A DNA stretch of 64,000 nt. Origin: Chiloscyllium plagiosum. Its lineage: Eukaryota. Under the pieces are notes generated by a model. It saw only the letters and a program-made list of their open reading frames with translations, was not told where the DNA came from and did no database searches. The stretch covers positions 31,887,832 to 31,951,831 of the forward strand of contig NC_057712.1 of the NCBI RefSeq assembly GCF_004010195.1. The letters are read 5' to 3'. The first letter of the stretch is position 1. The number at the start of each line of letters is the position of its first letter. Shown here piece by piece: positions 1 to 13,370 of this stretch. The position numbers and the translations under genes are program-made.

Positions 1-1747
1 TCTTTAATGCATGCAATTATGTCTCTGCACTACTACGCTAGCACCTTCATGACAATATGTTCTCAAAGCCAGACAATTTGCTCAGCTACTTATGCATTTA
101 TTAAAAACAGTTTTGATAAATATATTAGGAGTAGATCATTTCTGACAGTGTTCACAGTGGACTCTATGTTACAATGTTGCAGGAGGATTGTAGTGGATGG
201 ATAGATGGAGTTTAAGCAAGTGTATAGATGGCGAAGGATGAGCATACTGGAAGGGAAGTGAGTGTGTGAAGTATAATGGGGTGGAGCATGTTTAAGAAGT
301 CAGGGTGTTGGACCATGCCACCACTCCCAGTTAATATGCCAGTTAATATAGAGGTCAATCTTTCTTGACAACTCCATTCAGAATTTGATTCATACAAGTG
401 CTTTGATTGACAGATTGACCTTATGCTATTATAAAATTGCAATTTTGTTTTTGACATAACTAACACTTTTTATTATTGTTTGGCAATTCAATCTCATCTT
501 TTGAACAAGAAATATACTGTGTACCTTTTTGTAAGTCCATGATTCTCACTTTGTTATATTTTGGATTGCTCATTCTGGAGTTTTTCTGCTGTCGGCAATG
601 ATTTGAATTGTGTGGTAAGAACCCGTTTCTCTTTATCTGTTCTCTTTATTTCTTGGTGTCAAAGTTAATGGCTGAAAACAACTGTTAAACAACACAGCTA
701 CAACACTGAAGTTATGAAAACCAGATGAGAATCAGTTTCTATAATTCACGTGGTCATATAGTTCTCACAGGTTATATGTCCTGACATTACTTTAATGATT
801 TACTTCTTGTAATTGCCTGTTCTGTAATGAATCCTCAATATATCACATGGTTAAATCTTCTCATTGTCCTGTTTTTCACCCATTATCTGTTCAAATGGTA
901 TGATTTATAGCAAGTAATGACACTACATTTGGCTGTCCAGAAATCTCAAGAGGCCAATGTCAAATTGTCTACTCATCCGTTTGCATAATGATCATGTACT
1001 TCTTGAGGGAAAAAAAAAGATCCTGACCTCCAACCATAATATATGCTGCTGGAGTCCCGAAGATCGATTTATTTTTTGCCTTCAAGTTTTCCCCTTTTGT
1101 TATTCATGCTTCTGCCAAACTATAAAATTTATTTTGTGCTTAGCTGGCACTTGATAAAATCATCCTTTGTCATCTATTTATCAAATATTAACATTTTTTG
1201 TCAAATGCAATTACTTTTCATGAGGCAATGGAAGGTTGGGAGTGGTAATTGGGTTAATGCCTGACTTTTGTCTCTATATACCCCAATGGTGTTCCAAAAT
1301 AGTATCTCAAACTTGCCTTCCCTTGATATGCTGTGGTTCCTTTCCTGTTCCCTAATTGATCAAAGTCCTCCCTCTCAATGCCCCTTCCCTATTTCTATGC
1401 TAATAGAAGACTTTGGATTCTCCTTCACTACCAGTCTCTTCTCTGACTTCTTGCCTGTCTTATTTCTTTTTCTCACTTCCCCTCTGAGCTTTCCATATTT
1501 AGCCTGATTCTCGCTCATAGCCACATAATAGTTGTCATCCACACAGTTTTTTTGCTTTATTTTATTTTTCATTCATCATCCAGGAAGCTCTTGCACTGTT
1601 TGATTACTGTCCTTCCACTGATGCCTAATTCAGAAACAGGTCCAGCAATGCTTCCTTTTCCATTGACTGGAAACATAGGATGTGGATTTTTTTTTGCCTG
1701 AACGTACTTCTGAAACTCATTTTCCTCTCTGCCCTGAAAGCTGTTAC

Positions 1748-1828
1748 TGGAGATTCTTGTGGTGTAGTGGTAGTATCCCTACCTCTGGATCAGGAGGTCC
1801 AGGCTTAAGTCCGATCTACTTCAAAGGT
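1748..1828 (+). mobile_element. tRNA-derived SINE head fragment
   Basis: TGGTGTAGTGGTAG A-box-like motif and a degenerate B box. Related heads lie on the minus strand near 18115-18178 and 24335-24392. Confidence 0.45.
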
Positions 1829-2081
1829 GTGATTTTATAAATTCGTATAAAATAAGCCACTTCAGAGAAAAATGTCCCAGTCTGTCCAACCTCTTCTTAT
1901 AACTCAAACCCTCTAGTCCTTTTAAATTTTTTCGATACCCTTTCTCATTTAACAGGTTGTTGAGGAAAATATCTTAAAACTGATATTACCCTAGTCTATG
2001 TTGGGTAAATTAAACACCCCCATTATCACTACTGTTTGCTTCCTGCACCTCCCTGTAATTTACCTGCACAGTTGTTTGATG

Positions 2082-2320
2082 AGATTGCTTACAGTGTGGA
2101 AACAAGCCCTTTGGCTCAACAAGTCCCGACCGACCCTCCGAAGAGCAACCCATTCCGCTACATTGACCCCTTCACCTAACACTACGGGCAATTTAGCATG
2201 GCCAATTCACCTAACCTGCACATTTTTGGACTGTGGGATGAAACCGGAGCACCTGGAGGAAACCCAAGCAGACAAGGGAAGAATGTGCAAACTCCACACA
2301 AATAGTTGCCTGAGGCTGAA
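2082..2320 (-). mobile_element. HE1/V-SINE, 5'-truncated
   Basis: V-SINE core (rc: GGGTTTCCTCCAGGTGCTCCGGTTTCATCCCACAGTCCAAAAATGTGCAGGTTAGG) plus a CR1-like tail (GGGCTTGTTTCCACACTGTAAG). Closely similar to 44957-45157 and 61605-61889. Confidence 0.85.
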
Positions 2321-3369
2321 CCTCCCAGATGTCCACCTATTTCAAGGATTGCAATTTTCCCTCCCAAGTGATAAACAATGCCTTCCATTGCATCACTGCC
2401 ACTTCCTGCACCTCTGTTCTCGAACACCACTCCCCCAACTGCAACAAGGATAGAACCATGGTCCTCACATTCCACCCCTCAAATGTCCAGATACAGCGCC
2501 TTATCCTCTATCATTTTTGCCACTTACAGTCAGGCCTCACTATCAAAAATATATTTCCCTCCCCATATCTCGTTCTGTGAGACCATTCCCTCCGCAACTC
2601 CCTCATTAGGTCCACACTCCCCACTAACCCCACCGTCTACACCTGGCACCTTGCCTTGCTGCCACATGAGGTGTAAAACCCACGCCCACACCTCCCCTCT
2701 CACCTCCATCCATGGCTATAAAGGATCATTTGAAATCCCAGCAGAAATTTTCCTGCATATCCACCCACTTCATTTACTGCATCCATTGCCCTCGATATGG
2801 TCTCCTGTACATTGGGGAGACCGAGTTCCAAATTGCAGAGCATTTCAGGAAATATCTCTGTGACACATGTACCAAACAACCCATCGCCTTGTAGCCAAAA
2901 ACTTCAATACCCCCTCACACTCCCCCAGGAACATGCAAGTCCTTGGCCTCCTCTACCGCCAAATCAAAGCCACCAGCCAACTGGAGGAAGAACGCTTCAT
3001 CTTCCACCTCAGGACCCTACAACCACTCGGCATCAACATTGACTTCACTAGTTTCCAAATGTCCCCTCCACCCACCTCATCCCAGATCCAACCCTCCAAC
3101 TTGGCACCGCCTTCTTGACCTGCTGCCCCTGTCCATCTTCCTTCCCACCTATCCACTCCACCCTCCACACCGACCTATCACAATCATCCCACACCTGCAT
3201 CGACCTATCGCCATTCCATCTACCTTCTTCCCAACCTCACCCCCTGCCCCGTACTTATCTCTCAGCCTGTCTCCGCATTCCTGATGAAGGACATATGCCC
3301 GAAACATCAACTCTGCTGCTCCTCGGATGCTGCCTGACCTGCTGTGCTTTTTTCAGCACCACACTTTTC
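2321..3369 (+). mobile_element. Penelope-like retroelement family B, 5'-truncated: RT C-terminus, GIY-YIG endonuclease, 3' pseudo-LTR
   Basis: Frameshifted peptides QMSTYFKDCNFPSQV, HFIYCIHCPRYGLLYIGET (GIY-YIG) and LEEERFIFHLRTLQPLGINIDF. Terminal repeat is shared with the elements at 14851, 49188 and 58098. Confidence 0.9.
3281..3308 (+). ncRNA. Minimal hammerhead ribozyme motif in a PLE pLTR
   Basis: CTGATGA-A-GGAC-ATAT-GCCC-GAAA-CA-TC. Catalytic core is intact, with one mismatch in stem II. Confidence 0.6.
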
Positions 3370-3789
3370 AAGGGAGGTGATAGGGTCAGGGGATAGGGTG
3401 AGGAAGAGGGGCATTTGAGCGATGCAACTACACAGTCAGGTCAGCAACAAGGTCTGGAATTCAAAAATAGAATAGAATACAGGAGCAACCTAGTTCCAAC
3501 CTATTTTTCATTCCTGTGACAGGAAATTTGCTCCATTTCACCTTAGCTTAAGCTTGAAGGTTTAGGCCTAGAGAGATTCTGCAGGGCAGGTAGACATGAT
3601 TTGTTCCATTAGAACAATGTCAATCCTCTAAAAGAGCTATCAGCTTGGTTCCATTCCAATGCTATCTCCCATTGGAACTCTTTACATACTTTTTCAAATG
3701 AATTTCTCTTTTGAAAATGTTTATGCATTCTGTTTCAACCAATGTTTTCCAGTAAGTCATGTTATCTCTGTCTCTGGCTAGAAATGAAC

Positions 3790-4343
3790 TAGAGCAGCTA
3801 TTCCCAGATATTAGGAATTCTGCCATGAGTAACACGCCTCCTGACTGCTCAAAGCTTGTTCACCACATACAAGCACAGTCAGGAGAGTGATAAAACATTC
3901 TCCAATTTCCAGGATGGGTGCATTTCCAAGAACACTCAAGAAGCTTAACACCATCCAGGACAAAGCAACTCTCTCCAACACCAATGCGCAGTGACAGCAA
4001 TGTATGCGACCTACAAGATGCACTGCAGAAACTTAACAAGGCTCCTTCAACAGCATCTTTCAAATCCATGAACTTTACCAACTGGAAAGATAAGGGCAGG
4101 ACATGCATAGGATCACCACAATCTGCTAGATCCCCTCCAATTCACATGCCTTTCTGAGTTGGAATTAATTGATCATTCCTTCACTGTCTTTCAGTCAAAC
4201 TCCTGAAATGTCTTTCTAACCAGCATTATGGGTGTGTCTCCATCACATTAAGTGCAACAGCTCACCAGCACTTTCACAAGGCCAGTTAGGAAGGGACAGC
4301 AAATGTTGGCTGAGCCAGTGATATCCCCACCTTTGTAATGAAT
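3790..4343 (+). mobile_element. Decayed LINE ORF2 3' end (L2/CR1 clade, not HER1)
   Basis: Degenerate YK.QVR...YSP..W.GA.P.TLKKLNTIQDKA-type C-terminal motif and a 3' tail. Related pieces lie at about 6110-6200, 20490-20570 and 27160-27440 (-). Confidence 0.65.
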
Positions 4344-5129
4344 ATTCCCTCATATTGGAAAACTATAAAGGCCTAAGTAAAATGGAAGATCTGATTTTAA
4401 ATGTCTGCAGCACTTGAGGGTTCATTGTCTATGAACAATGTGCTTATAACCCTTTCTTCAACTGCTGCTAGTATATATCAGAAGATCTTAGGCACATTGC
4501 TGTGCATTGAGTTAATCTAAAAACTGTTGTGGATGACATTTGTGAAATAGTGTGGTTTTATCTTGTCAAATGTCTACACGAAGTTAAAAATCACACAACA
4601 CCAGGTTATAGTCCAACAGGTTTATCTGGAAGCACTAGCTTTCGGAGCACATCAGTTGGTTGTGGAGTATAACATCGTAGGACATAGAATTTATAGCAAC
4701 AGTTTACTGTTTACTGATGTAAGTGAAATTATATATTGAAAAAGACCTAGATTGTTTATTAAGTCTCTCATCTTTTAGAATGGACATATTGGTTTTAGTT
4801 CTTTCATATGTATATCCTAGAACTTTCTTAAACTTACATTCTCAAGGAAACTTTAACAATAGGTGCCATGTTGGTCCAGATAATGCATGTTTGTGTGAGT
4901 ATAAAGGGGTATACGTCTCTGAGAGGGTGCATGTTTGCATGTGAGTGTGGGAGTGTATGTGTGAACGTATGAGAGAGTGCTTGTGTATGAGAAAGGGTCT
5001 GCGAGAGCGTATGATTCTGTAGGAGTGTGTGTGTGTAGTGTAGTAGGGCCACCTGTAGTGTGACATGAACCCAAGGTCCTGGTTGAGGCCATCCCCATGG
5101 CTAACGAATATGGCTATCAGCCTCTGCTC

Positions 5130-5314
5130 TGGATTAGAGTGGTGCTGGAAAAGCACAGCAGGTCAGGCAGCATCCAAGAAGCAGGAAAATCTATGTTTCG
5201 GGCAAAAGCCCTTCATCAGGATGCTCCTTGGATGCTGCCTGACCTGCTGTGCTTTTCCAGCACCACTCTAATCCAGACTCGGGTTTCCAGCATCTGCAGT
5301 TCTCATTTTTACGC
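5130..5314. mobile_element. Fold-back mini-PLE (two inverted family-B pLTRs) nested in the family-A PLE
   Basis: Inverted arms CTGGATTAGAGTGGTGCTGGAAAAGCACAGCAGGTCAGGCAGCATCCAAG and their reverse complement. TSD ATCAGCC/TTCTGCTC at 5116-5129 and 5315-5328. Confidence 0.85.
5192..5219 (-). ncRNA. Minimal hammerhead ribozyme motif
   Basis: Reverse complement reads CTGATGA-A-GGGC-TTTT-GCCC-GAAA-CA-TA, with an intact core and perfect stem II. Confidence 0.65.
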
Positions 5315-6802
5315 ATCAGCTTCTGCTCGGCCACTTTGTATTGTTGCCTGTCCCGAAGTCTGCCTTGGAGGATGGTCACCCGAAGATCTGTGGTCGAATG
5401 GACCACTGAAGTGTTCACCAACTGGGAGGGGACACTCCTGTCTATTGATTGTTGTGTGGTGTCCATTCATCCATTGCCGTAGCCTCTGCTCGATCTCACC
5501 AATGTATCGTGCCTCAGGGCATCCTTGCCTGCAGCATATGAGATAGACAATGTTGGCTGAGTCTCATGAGTACCTGCCACGTACATGGTGGGAGGTGTCC
5601 CTACAGCCTGCAACACACTATCAGTGAGGATGAGCACCTCACCAAGACCTTCCCCGTGCCTCCACTTTTCACCTTTAAACAACCACCAAACCTCAAACAG
5701 ATCATTGCTTTCAGCAAACTTTCAGGACAATGCCATTCAACCTTGTCACGGTAGACACTGCAAGAGGTGTCAGAGTGTTGACACGGATGCCACCATTACA
5801 TCTGTAGCATCTGTAGTGTAGCATCCAGGATGGTTCCCCCACTCCCCTACAGCCAAGGCCAAAACAGTGATTCATAAAGTTTGAGCATTTTTCCTCTGCT
5901 TTGATATTTTCTTCCTTTATTCATATACCAAAGCAACGCTGATTCTTTTTTAAACGTATTCTCATAAAGCCCCCATTCAACCTCTGATCTGTACTTGTTC
6001 ATTGTAATTATAAAGATTGAACAATTAACCTTGAGGGAGGAAGTCAAGAATATTAGGCAGAAACATTGCTTCTGATTCTAAACTCATGAGACTGGAATAG
6101 AAATGTATACTATAATGAAACTCAATTGGACTCATCACATGAACACAGTGGCTTCAAGAGCAGTTTAAAGGCTAGAAGTAGTTTAAAGGCTAGAAGCTTG
6201 ACCAACAAAGTGATATAGGCCTGAAGATGATGGAGGGGGCGATCTATTGAACAGTGAATGACCACACATCATCAACCAAATGCAGTACGTATTTATATGT
6301 GTCTTCTTTGCTTTCTTATCACTATATATACTGCAATTGGAAGACAGTCCTGCCAACTTCTTCCTTATTCAGGGATTTTCTAGGAAGGTTGTAAACTGGA
6401 CCAAATATCCCATCTCCTCAGATAAACACTCAATGGATATTTCATGTTGAGCACAGTGAATGAACACCTTTGCTATTTCAAGTTTGCCAGAGCATTTCAC
6501 ATGAAGTAGCAAATTGCTTATTCTCTCCAGTTATTATGGAAATCTCTTGAAGCGCTGGCTCATTAACACCTCAAACTGAATGACTCTTTCAAATGCTGCA
6601 GTCAGAGAATCTTTAAACCTATGAAACTTTCACATCTAGTTTGAATAAGGGTGATTGAATCCCAATCGCTCCATGTTTCTCCTGTTCCACTACAGTTTAA
6701 CGGAACAACTCTGTGATGTTTCTCAGTCAAGTTTTGAAAGGCTGAAATAGTCCTTTTCCCAAATGAGCTTAATGGACAAACTGCCCGGTTTCTCAGAGCC
6801 TC

Positions 6803-7061
6803 AAGGAGAAAGTGAGGCCTGCAGATGCTGGAGATCAGAGTGGAAGAGTGGGTGCTGGAAAAGCACAGCCTGTCAGGCAGCATCCGAGGAGCAGGAAAAT
6901 TGATGTTTCATCAGAAAGGGCTTATGCCTGAAACGTTAGTAGTCCTGCTCCTCAGATGCTGCTTGACCTGATGTACTTTTCCAGCACTACACTCTTCGAC
7001 TCTGATCTTTAGCATCTGCAGTCCTCACTTTCTCCTCGTTGATTATAACCTTACTGCGAGA
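6803..7061. mobile_element. Fold-back mini-PLE (family B pLTRs)
   Basis: About 100 bp inverted arms (GGAGAAAGTGAGG... / ...CCTCACTTTCTCC). Perfect 12 bp TSD TCTCAGAGCCTC at 6791-6802 and 7062-7073. Confidence 0.85.
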
Positions 7062-8310
7062 TCTCAGAGCCTCCAGTCTGACTGGTCTGTCCAAAAGCCT
7101 GACTGGCAACTCCTTTTGGTTGTCCTTTCAATGGTTGTCTACCTAACAATTTTGCAGTAAAACAACACATTTGTGATCACTGATCAACTTGTACCTCATT
7201 TTCATGCTGCATTTCCTATAACCCTGCCTACAGATACCAGGGTAACATGAAGGGGTGATGGTGTAGGATTACTGTCTCTGCTTTGTTCTCAGAAGCTGAA
7301 CATTCCTTGCGTGCAAAGCTGAGGAAAATTTGCTTGACTGTTTTATTAAGGCACCTCCTCTTAAAACATTAATTATCTATTCCCTATGGATTGATGCAAA
7401 TTTATTTAATCTATCTGAACTTATCCATCGCATTCTGCTGCATTTTTTAGTAATTCCTGGCAATTCACGAGCAACACTTTACCCAGAAGAGTATCTAATT
7501 AGCCAGTTTGAGCTTGCCTTGCTGTTATGAAAATTCACATGGTAAAGAATAGTCTGTTAGGACTGCCAGCAGGTCCCTCTTGGAATATTATTTGACTAGG
7601 TTAACTTGGACTTGAATGGGTACAAGTGTTTGATTGTGGACACTGAGAGAAAAGAGGTGAAGTATAATCAGTTGTGTATTGCATTTGTTGAGGAACCGTC
7701 ACTCCAGAGGTGTTGCCTGATTTCAAGAAAGGTCTTTAAAACCGTGACACTAGTCTGTGTGCAAAAATACACTGATTCACCATGGCCTCTTCAACCTCAC
7801 CTTTCATTTCTTGGCAATGCCATCTCCTCTGGTATCTTTCTGACTGATCTTTGGTAGGAAGAGTTTCAAGAAATAAGACAAGTTTGAAGTTGTAGAAAAT
7901 CTATGCTGTCTTGATAAAGCAATACCATCGTAGATAAATCATGGATAAATCAATTCAAGTACAAACTTGTGTTTATTACAATTTGCTAGCATTTACATGT
8001 CCTCAACCATGACTTGCTGGGTTCTGTCATGGCTGAGTGCAGAAGGTCAGATGCCAAAACTCTTTGTCTCCTGACACATAAATGCCAAGGTGGTCACCCA
8101 CCCATTGGCCCTCGAGCTCTCACGGGCTTCCTGGACCTTCTTTGCTGCAAAGACAATGGAAGGAAGATGAATTACCATCTCAGGAGAAATCAAGGGTGAA
8201 GACAACATTCATTGCACAGATTGGCAATGCACCTTCCTTTGTAACTACGCATCACTAACATTCCCTACCATTACATCAATCAAATGCACCCTACAAGCCA
8301 GAAAATAGTA

Positions 8311-8513
8311 CAGGATGTCCCCAGGTTACAAACTAGTTTTTTTCCACTGTTCGTAAGCCGAATTTGTGTGTAAGTCGGAACAGATACAGGCAAATTAGTC
8401 CACCCTTCATTAGGCCAAAACAGTGCAGGTAAAAAGTTTTAAAAATTAGAAGCTGGAGGTCAGTCGTACGTATGGGACATTCGTAAGTTCATAACCGAGG
8501 GAATCCGATACTG
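8311..8513. mobile_element. Old Tigger/pogo-type MITE
   Basis: TA-CAGG start, degenerate inverted ends and CGTAAG/TTCGTA subterminal motifs like those of the Tigger element at 52440-52533. Confidence 0.45.
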
Positions 8514-9202
8514 AATTTGTGCAAAAGTTATTCAACACATATTAACTTCTTTGACACCATTTTCTCCGACGTGTTGTTTTTCTGTCTATTGTCTCATACA
8601 TTTATGAGTGAGAATGGGCATGCTGGGCTAGAGACTGTTGTTATAGGGAATTGCATAGCATTTGCCCAAAGTCAGTCTCTTGCTGACTCATTCATCTAAA
8701 CTTTGCTTGTGTCCAACTTCTGGAAGTTAGAGCACCTGACTACAAGCTATGGGAAGATCTGAGACCTTTGCAAGCAAATCTTTCTTAATGAGTTTGAAAG
8801 ATTAAGAAAGTAAAAAAAAGGCAGGGAATGAAATTAATTAAAGTCAATTTAAGAATAGAAAGAGCAAAACAAGTCAGATGCAAAGCTGAAAAAAGAGACT
8901 GAAGATGAAATAGAATTGAAAAGCAAGGAAAATAATTAATGTTTCATTTTCAAAAAAATCTCCAAGAATTGACTACATTCAGGAATGAGAATTTAAAGTT
9001 AACTTTTGTTTCTAGGCTGGGAATATCGACTAATATTACACTAACAGTTATCATGTTGTAAAAACTTTAATTACAGGCTTAATCACAGCCCTAACTTTTT
9101 GTTGTGAATTTTATCAGCATTTAATGTGTAAATGTTAAAATATAAATACGAATAGCAGAAAGGCTAAAAATAAGATGTGTTTTGTGCTGAAACAGAATTA
9201 TG

Positions 9203-9465
9203 GAAACATAGAAACATAGAAGATAAGAGCAGGAGGAGGCTATTTGGCCCTTCAAGCCTGCCCCACCATTCATCATGATCATGGTTGATCGTCCAACTCA
9301 ATAACCAAATCCTGCTTTCTCCACATAACCTTTGGTCTCCATTTGCCTTAAGCCACCCCTTGAATACACTCAATGTTTTGGCATCAACAACTTCCTGTGG
9401 TAATAACTTCCACAGACTCACCTTTCTTTGGGTGATGAAATGTCTCCTCATCTTCGTCCTAAATG
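9203..9465 (-). mobile_element. CR1 LINE 3' fragment
   Basis: MRRHFITQRKVSLWKLLPQEVVDAKTLSVFK (CR1 ORF2 C-terminus) and a (TTCTATGT)n tail. Confidence 0.8.
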
Positions 9466-9829
9466 CTCCACCTCAAATGGAAGAGAAATGTAAATTGATT
9501 TGCATGTTATAGAGATTTGTTAGTCATAGTGTATCTCTTCAACCGCTGAACGTTTTGGCCTATATTTGTATATGAATAATGATATGTGTTACTAAGATTC
9601 ATTATTTTTCCAGAAAGCTTCAGTCCAATGTGAATCTTAGGGATGGTGAAAATACTGTCTTTATACAATCTTGCAAGAATGATATGAAGTTAAAGAGTGG
9701 TAATGAACTCTGTCAGACCAAATTTTATCACAGTGTATGATAGGAAATTGACATAAGTCTAGGAGGGTTATGGTGCAACATCAATGGCATGACACTGCTC
9801 TTTTGTTGTGAGGATTAAGATTTCCATAA

Positions 9830-10500
9830 GCACACAGAAAGGTTAGGTCATTAGGCCCTTCAAGCACCTTCCACCATTTTCGATAACTTGACTAATGTTT
9901 AGACTTAACTCCATTTTCCTGTAACATTCTTCAGTCACTTGATTCCCAAAAGCTAGTGATCAATGTCTTGAAAATAGTTCATCATTGGGATATAGAAATA
10001 CAATGCTCACATTATCTTGTGTGAAATAATTTCTCACGATTGCAATACAAAATAACTTATCTCTTATTCTAAGACTGTAACGCTTGGCCCCAAATCTCTC
10101 AACAATGGGCAAACATCTTTCCACAAGCTACCCGATCAAACCTCTTGAGAAGTCCCTCTGTTTCAATGACATATTCCTTCATTCTTCTAAATCTGAGGCA
10201 ACTCTACTGATCTATTTCTCCTCTCATCCCAGTCAACTTGCAATACATTCTCTTTCAGATAAGTATATTGCCTAATGCGGTCAAAACTGTGCACAGTGCT
10301 CCAAGTATATGCTCATCAAGGTCCTATATAACTGCTTATATACCTCTTGTACTCCAATTATTTTGTAATTCACGTTTTTAATGGCTTGCTCAGTCTCTAT
10401 GTTAGTTTCTGGGAATTGTGTACAAGGACAGTCAGGTTTGCCCTGAATAACAATATTTCTCAATCTCTCACCATTTAAAAAAAATCCACTTTTCTATTTG
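9830..10500 (-). mobile_element. Old CR1 LINE, 3' part
   Basis: YKQLYRTLMSIYLEHCAQF resembles CR1 LYxxLVRPHLEYCxQFW. Decayed 3' tail present. Confidence 0.65.
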
Positions 10501-10656
10501 CTAAATATTTTTGTATTGTCTGGAAAGAGGCAAGAACCAATTACTATGTGTTTCAGAGGGCCAAATTCATTACTGCACTGGAGAATCCTGTGATTATAAC
10601 AGGAATCTAAACTAAAACAGTCTTCTTATCAAGCAACATGGGATATTATGCTATCG

Positions 10657-11407
10657 TAGAGTCATAGAGTCATAGAAATGTACAGCATGGAAACAGACCC
10701 TTCGGTCCAACCAGTCCATGCCGACCAGATATTCCAACCCAACCTAGTCCCGCCTGCCAGCACCCGGCCCATATCCCTCCAAACCCTTCCTATTCATATA
10801 CCCATCCAAATGCCTCTTAAATGTCGCAATTGTACCAGCCTCCACCACATCCTCTGGAAGCTCATTCCATACATATACCACCCTCTGTGTGAAAAAGTTG
10901 CCCCTTAGGTCTCTTGTATATCTTTCCCCTTTCACCTTAAACCTATGCCCTCTAGTTCTGGACTCCCTGACCCCAGGGAAAAGACTTTGCCTATTTATCC
11001 TATCCATGCCCCTCATAATTTTGTAAACCTCTCTAAGGTCACCCCTCAGCCTCCGACAGTCCAGGGAAAACAGCCCCAACCTGTTCAGCCTCTCCCTATA
11101 GCTCAAATCCTCCAACCCTGGCAACAACCTTGTAAACCTTTTCTGAACATTTTCAAGTTTCACAACATCTTTCCAATAAGAAGGAGACCAGCATTGCACG
11201 CAATATTCCAACAGTGGCCTAACCAATGTCCTGTTCAGCCGCAACATGACCTCCCAACTCCTGTACTCAATACTCTGACCAATAAAGGAAAGCATACCAA
11301 ATGCCTTCTTCACTATCCTATCGACCTGCAACTCCACATTCAAGGAGCTATGAACGTGCACTTCAAGGTCTCTTTGTTCAGCAACACTCCCTAGGACCTT
11401 ACCATTA
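10657..11407 (-). mobile_element. HER1-type CR1 LINE, 5'-truncated, young
   Basis: ORF 10744-11445 (LVRPLLEYCVQCWSP..LRGDLREVYKIM..FFTQRVVYVWNELP) and (CTATGACT)n tail. Near-identical to 34400-35140 and 48042-48836. Confidence 0.93.
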
Positions 11408-11900
11408 TTTCCTCCCAAAGTGGATAATTTCAGATTGCCACACATTATATACTATTTCATGTTATTCCACTCATCCATACATCTTTGCAACCTCTTTATA
11501 ACTTCAAAGCATGCTTTACCTCCTAGCTTTCAATCAGCAAACTCAAATACCTCACACTTGGCCAATTCACCATTGATATTAGTATGTGAGACACAAGTAC
11601 TGATCTTTGCCATATCCCACTAGTCGCAATCTGACAATACAAAACATCCTGTCAATTACTCCTCCTTGTTCTCTGTCCATTAAGCAATACTCAACTGATG
11701 TTAATTTAATCCCCAATCTTATGAACACTAGTTTTGTGCAGACCTTCTTCTGTGGCACCTCATTAAATGCTTCTTAAGAATTCAAACACACACCAGCTTA
11801 TTCTTCTTCAAAATGTCCTGTTTGCTACAACTTCAAGAAGTTCTAGCAGATATGGAAATTTCCTTTTCATAAAGCAGCATTGATTCTGCCTAAATATTTT
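11408..11900 (-). mobile_element. Old CR1 LINE RT fragment, probably the continuation of 9830-10500
   Basis: Reverse complement gives SEIIHFGRK and decayed RT motifs. Confidence 0.55.
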
Positions 11901-12189
11901 GACCCAGACCCAGATATTCTGCTAGGTAGACAGCAGAGTAGACAGAAGTTGCTTGTAGGATAAGGAGGAAGTTCTGATACAGCTGATTTTGCAGGAATTA
12001 CCCAAGAAATTGAAACTTCCAATGGGAAATTATCCGGCATTGAGAAGTTCCCAGCTCTGAGTTACAGTAAATGATTACAATGTACTTGGCTTAATAGTTA
12101 TCCAGGAACATTGGAGGAATCAAAGCCTACTCTAACTCTCTGGTAGCCATTAAACTGACTCTCTTCAATCACCACTGACAATCCACATG

Positions 12190-12565
12190 ACTATCCCCAA
12201 TCCTCCTGAGACTCCTGGTCCCATGCTGGACTTGACACCTCATCCCCATCCTCAACACCTATGACAACTCCCCTGACTTCCCCACACACTGCCAAATCTA
12301 TTCCAACTTCTCTCTGACAAATCCCACATGCCCCCACAACTGTCCACCACCTCATCCCTCCATTTCTGAAATCATCTCCTGCTGGACTGACCACAAATTT
12401 TCCCCTAACCTAATTCTGCACCTCCATCTGTCTCATTCTACTTTAAGCATGCATCCTGACTTGCTAGTCACTTTACCCCTTCACCTCATACTCACTTAAC
12501 CCCACCCATATGCATTTGTCTTTCCTCATAGCCTTATCCACATGCCTCAATTGCCCACACACGTC
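12190..12565. repeat. C/T-rich low-complexity tract
   Basis: Strong strand skew with CCC/CAC/CCT motifs and few G on the plus strand. Confidence 0.6.
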
Positions 12566-12994
12566 TTTTAAAATCATTCAATAACATTGAATTTTAAAAT
12601 AAATAAGAATAACTAATACACTGTACATTATTAAATAACAATGATATTCAATCTTTCAAAGAAAACATCATAATGTACATTTAATCAATAAAAACAAACA
12701 TTATTTCTTTTTAACAGGAAACAGAAAAAGTTATGCACAGCTACTGACAGCAATTTCAGGACACTTTCAGTGTTAACAGTGTTAATCTCTGGTGTTGTCT
12801 GTTGTTCTTAAAAGTTGCTTCTCTGGTGCCATGGGGGGTGGGGGATCGGGGGTGCTGGTGGTAATGATGGGCGTGTCTTCATCACCCTGCATCAAGTTCC
12901 CAAGACAGTAGCTTCTGATGGAAGCATCTGGGTAGCTGCCTGATCTGAAAGTGTGGCAACATAAAAAAAATGGAAATGTAACGGGGTGTCATTC

Positions 12995-13370
12995 GACACC
13001 ATTGGGTGGAACAATTCTGATGGTAAGTAGATGTTCTGAGTCATTATGATTTTCTAACTCCCCTGTTATTACATCCATAACAGTAGGTTGTAGCATTTTC
13101 CATACGCTTGATATTAGATGAACTGGCCAATGGCTCCCTGTTTTCCCTCTTCCTCCTTTTCTGAATGGCATGGTTATGTTTACTACCTTACAATCCATGG
13201 TGTCCATTCCAGAATCTAGGGAATTCTGAAAGATTAACACCAAGGCCTTGTTAACCTCTGTCAGACCCCTTTTAAACCTCCATGAGGAAAAGTCATAAGG
13301 CCCAGGAGAGTTATTGGCTTTTGGTTCCAACAATTTCTCCAGCAGCACATCTTTGCTAATGCTAGTTTCT
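12995..13370 (-). mobile_element. CR1 LINE ORF2 pre-RT fragment
   Basis: KANNSPGPY..LVLIFQNSLDSGM..NITMPFRKGGRGKTGSHWPVHLISSVWKML. Confidence 0.8.

Larger units (their letters stand above)
4577..5800 (-). mobile_element. Penelope-like retroelement family A, 5'-truncated with an inverted 5' segment (5604-5800)
   Basis: Minus strand encodes the GIY-YIG region SANIVYLICCRQGCPEARYIGE. Plus strand 5604-5800 encodes the upstream linker EHLTKTFPVPPLFTFKQPPNLKQII..PCHGRHCKRCQSVDTDATIT. The family-A pLTR at 4577-4650 is shared with 58162 and 63264. Confidence 0.85.

Noticed and set aside
10945-11394. 149 aa plus-strand ORF repeated at other loci
   Set aside because: It is the antisense reading of CR1 ORF2, and the recurrence reflects LINE copies.
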